From: Podarcis melisellensis
Taxonomy: Eukaryota
Length of the DNA: 64,000 bases
Reading direction: 5' to 3' (one strand)
NCBI GenBank assembly: GCA_964234715.1
Contig: OZ174278.1
The stretch's first letter is position 1. Every line of letters starts with the position of its first letter. The position numbers were made by a program, and so were the translations under genes. The notes beneath the pieces are model-generated. The model saw only the letters and a list, made by a program, of their open reading frames with translations. It had not been told where the DNA came from and did not search any database. Below, piece after piece: positions 62,541-64,000 of this stretch.

Positions 62541-64000
62541 TGGGGTGGGGTGGGAAGATGGCGGCGCAAGCACTTGCAGCGGCTCGGCACTCCGAAGACC
62601 GGTATTCAGTGATTTGTGTTTTATTTTTATTTGTGAACTTATTGCTGCTATGGACTGTGAATACTCAGGCACAAGTAATTTATAGTCGTCAAGAGCTCTT
62701 AAGTATCGGCAGAGGAGAAGGTTGCAGCCAGGAGGTCTCAACCTACAACATTCCAGCTGAGCTTATCAGAGAGCCTCCATATCTTGCACATTCTTGGGAT
62801 ACTCCCCTTGCTCTCCTTGCCAGAAAGAAAAGAAAACGGAGAGGGCGCAAGTAGAAGAGGGGCTGCAGGGCTGGACTACGAGTGAGGCTAGGTAAAAATC
62901 CCCACAAGCCTGCATTGCCAAGTCTCCTTGTATCAAATGTGAGATCTTTACCCAACAAGGTAGAGGAGTTGGAACTTATTACCTCTCGGCAGAAAAGTAT
63001 CCGGGACTGCTGTGTTATGGTCCTTTTAGAGACGTGGCTGGATCCCTCCTTTCCACAGGGACTTTTGCAGCTAGAAGGACGCTCAGTAATTAGAGCGGAC
63101 AGAACCGCCGAATCCGGGAAGAGCAGAGGAGGAGGAATTTGCGTTTATATAAATAACAACTGGAGCTCGGACATTAAACAAATGGACACGCATTGCTCTC
63201 CTGACTTGGAGTACCTAGTGGTGAAGTGCCGCCCTTTTTATTTGCCACGTGAGTTTAATGTTGTTATAATAACAGCGGTGTATATACCGCCCGATGCAAA
63301 CACTACTACAGCTATGGGCCACCTGCTAACTGCTATTAGCAAACAGCAGCGGGCCCACCCGGATGGAGCATTTGTGGTTGCTGGTGATTTCAACCGAGCC
63401 GATTTAAGGACTGTGCTCCCTAAGTTCCACCAGTATGTTGATTGTCCCACTAGGGGGGGAAATACCCTGGACCGAGTATATAGTAACATCATGCATGGAT
63501 ACAAGACCAAGCCCTTGCCCAATTTGGGACAGTCAGACCACATATCTTTACTTATGATACCATCATATAGACCTCTCGTACGCAGAATTAGACCATCAAC
63601 TAGAGAGATACGAGTGTGGCCAGTAGGTGCATCTGAGCAACTTCAAGATTGCTTTCGGAGCACCGAGTGGTCGCTTTTTGTGGAGAATAATGTGGACACA
63701 TACGCTTCAACAGTACTGTTCTACGTTAAAAGCTGCATTGATGTTGTCACTACCACCAAACAAATACGGGTGTTCCCTAACAACAAGCCCTGGCTAAACA
63801 GGGATGTGTATCTTCTGTTAAAGGCAAGAAATGCTGCTTTTCACTCTGGTGATGCGCAACAGTATAGAGAAGCCAGAGCCAAATTGAAAAAGGGCATTAG
63901 GGATGCCAAAGCTATGTACTGCCGGAGGATCGAAAAGCATTTTGAGAGCTCCGACCCTCGTCGAGTATGGCAAGGCCTGCGACAAATTACAGGGCAAAAT
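62541..64000 (+). mobile_element. Rex1/Babar-clade LINE, 5' part with APE endonuclease domain, continuing beyond the window
   Basis: ATG at 62558, one TAG at 62852-62854, then open in the same frame to 64000. Motifs: PALPSLLVSNVRSLPNKVEEL, ETWL, RADRT..SGKSRGGGICVYINNNW, VKCRPFYLPREF, AVYIPP, VAGDFN, PTRG.NTLD..Y, LGQSDH, FPNNKPW. 5' boundary approximate. Confidence 0.92.

Noticed and set aside
63238-63543. 101-aa - strand ORF
   Set aside because: Antisense to the Rex1 endonuclease frame.
1-64000. CRISPR arrays, operons, rRNA genes or non-retroviral endogenous viral genes
   Set aside because: No regularly spaced repeat-spacer array, rRNA-like block or viral ORF was seen. The sequence is vertebrate repeat-rich DNA.

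Overview
Vertebrate nuclear DNA, about 40% GC and CpG-depleted. Sauria SINEs, Bov-B, CR1, L2 and squamate-type MITEs point to a squamate, most likely a lacertid lizard (inference from repeat content). The window is mostly intronic or intergenic and rich in repeats. I could not name any host gene. The best coding candidates are an unassigned + strand terminal exon at 27276-27491 and a weaker convergent - strand exon pair at about 27.9-28.45 kb. Nearly all ORFs in the supplied track are chance ORFs or transposon-derived. Well-supported elements: a young Rex1/Babar-type LINE running off the right edge, five Tc1/mariner (Tigger-like) MITEs plus a nested variant, four Sauria SINEs, three solo LTRs with 5-bp TSDs, a DIRS/Ngaro gag relic, and a Penelope fragment with a hammerhead motif next to a 128-N gap. 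Most notable: (i) three diverged ~0.75-0.8 kb elements sharing a CACGCAA 3' end and irregular 5' junctions, one flanked by a 57-bp duplication; (ii) a perfect 125-bp inverted duplication 47 kb apart that extends 52 bp beyond a MITE; (iii) a 1.16-kb poly(A) retroelement with a 17-bp TSD and a CTCF consensus at its 5' end; (iv) an 823-bp solo LTR with ~0.7 kb open reading frames on both strands. All family names come from recalled motifs, not database searches.
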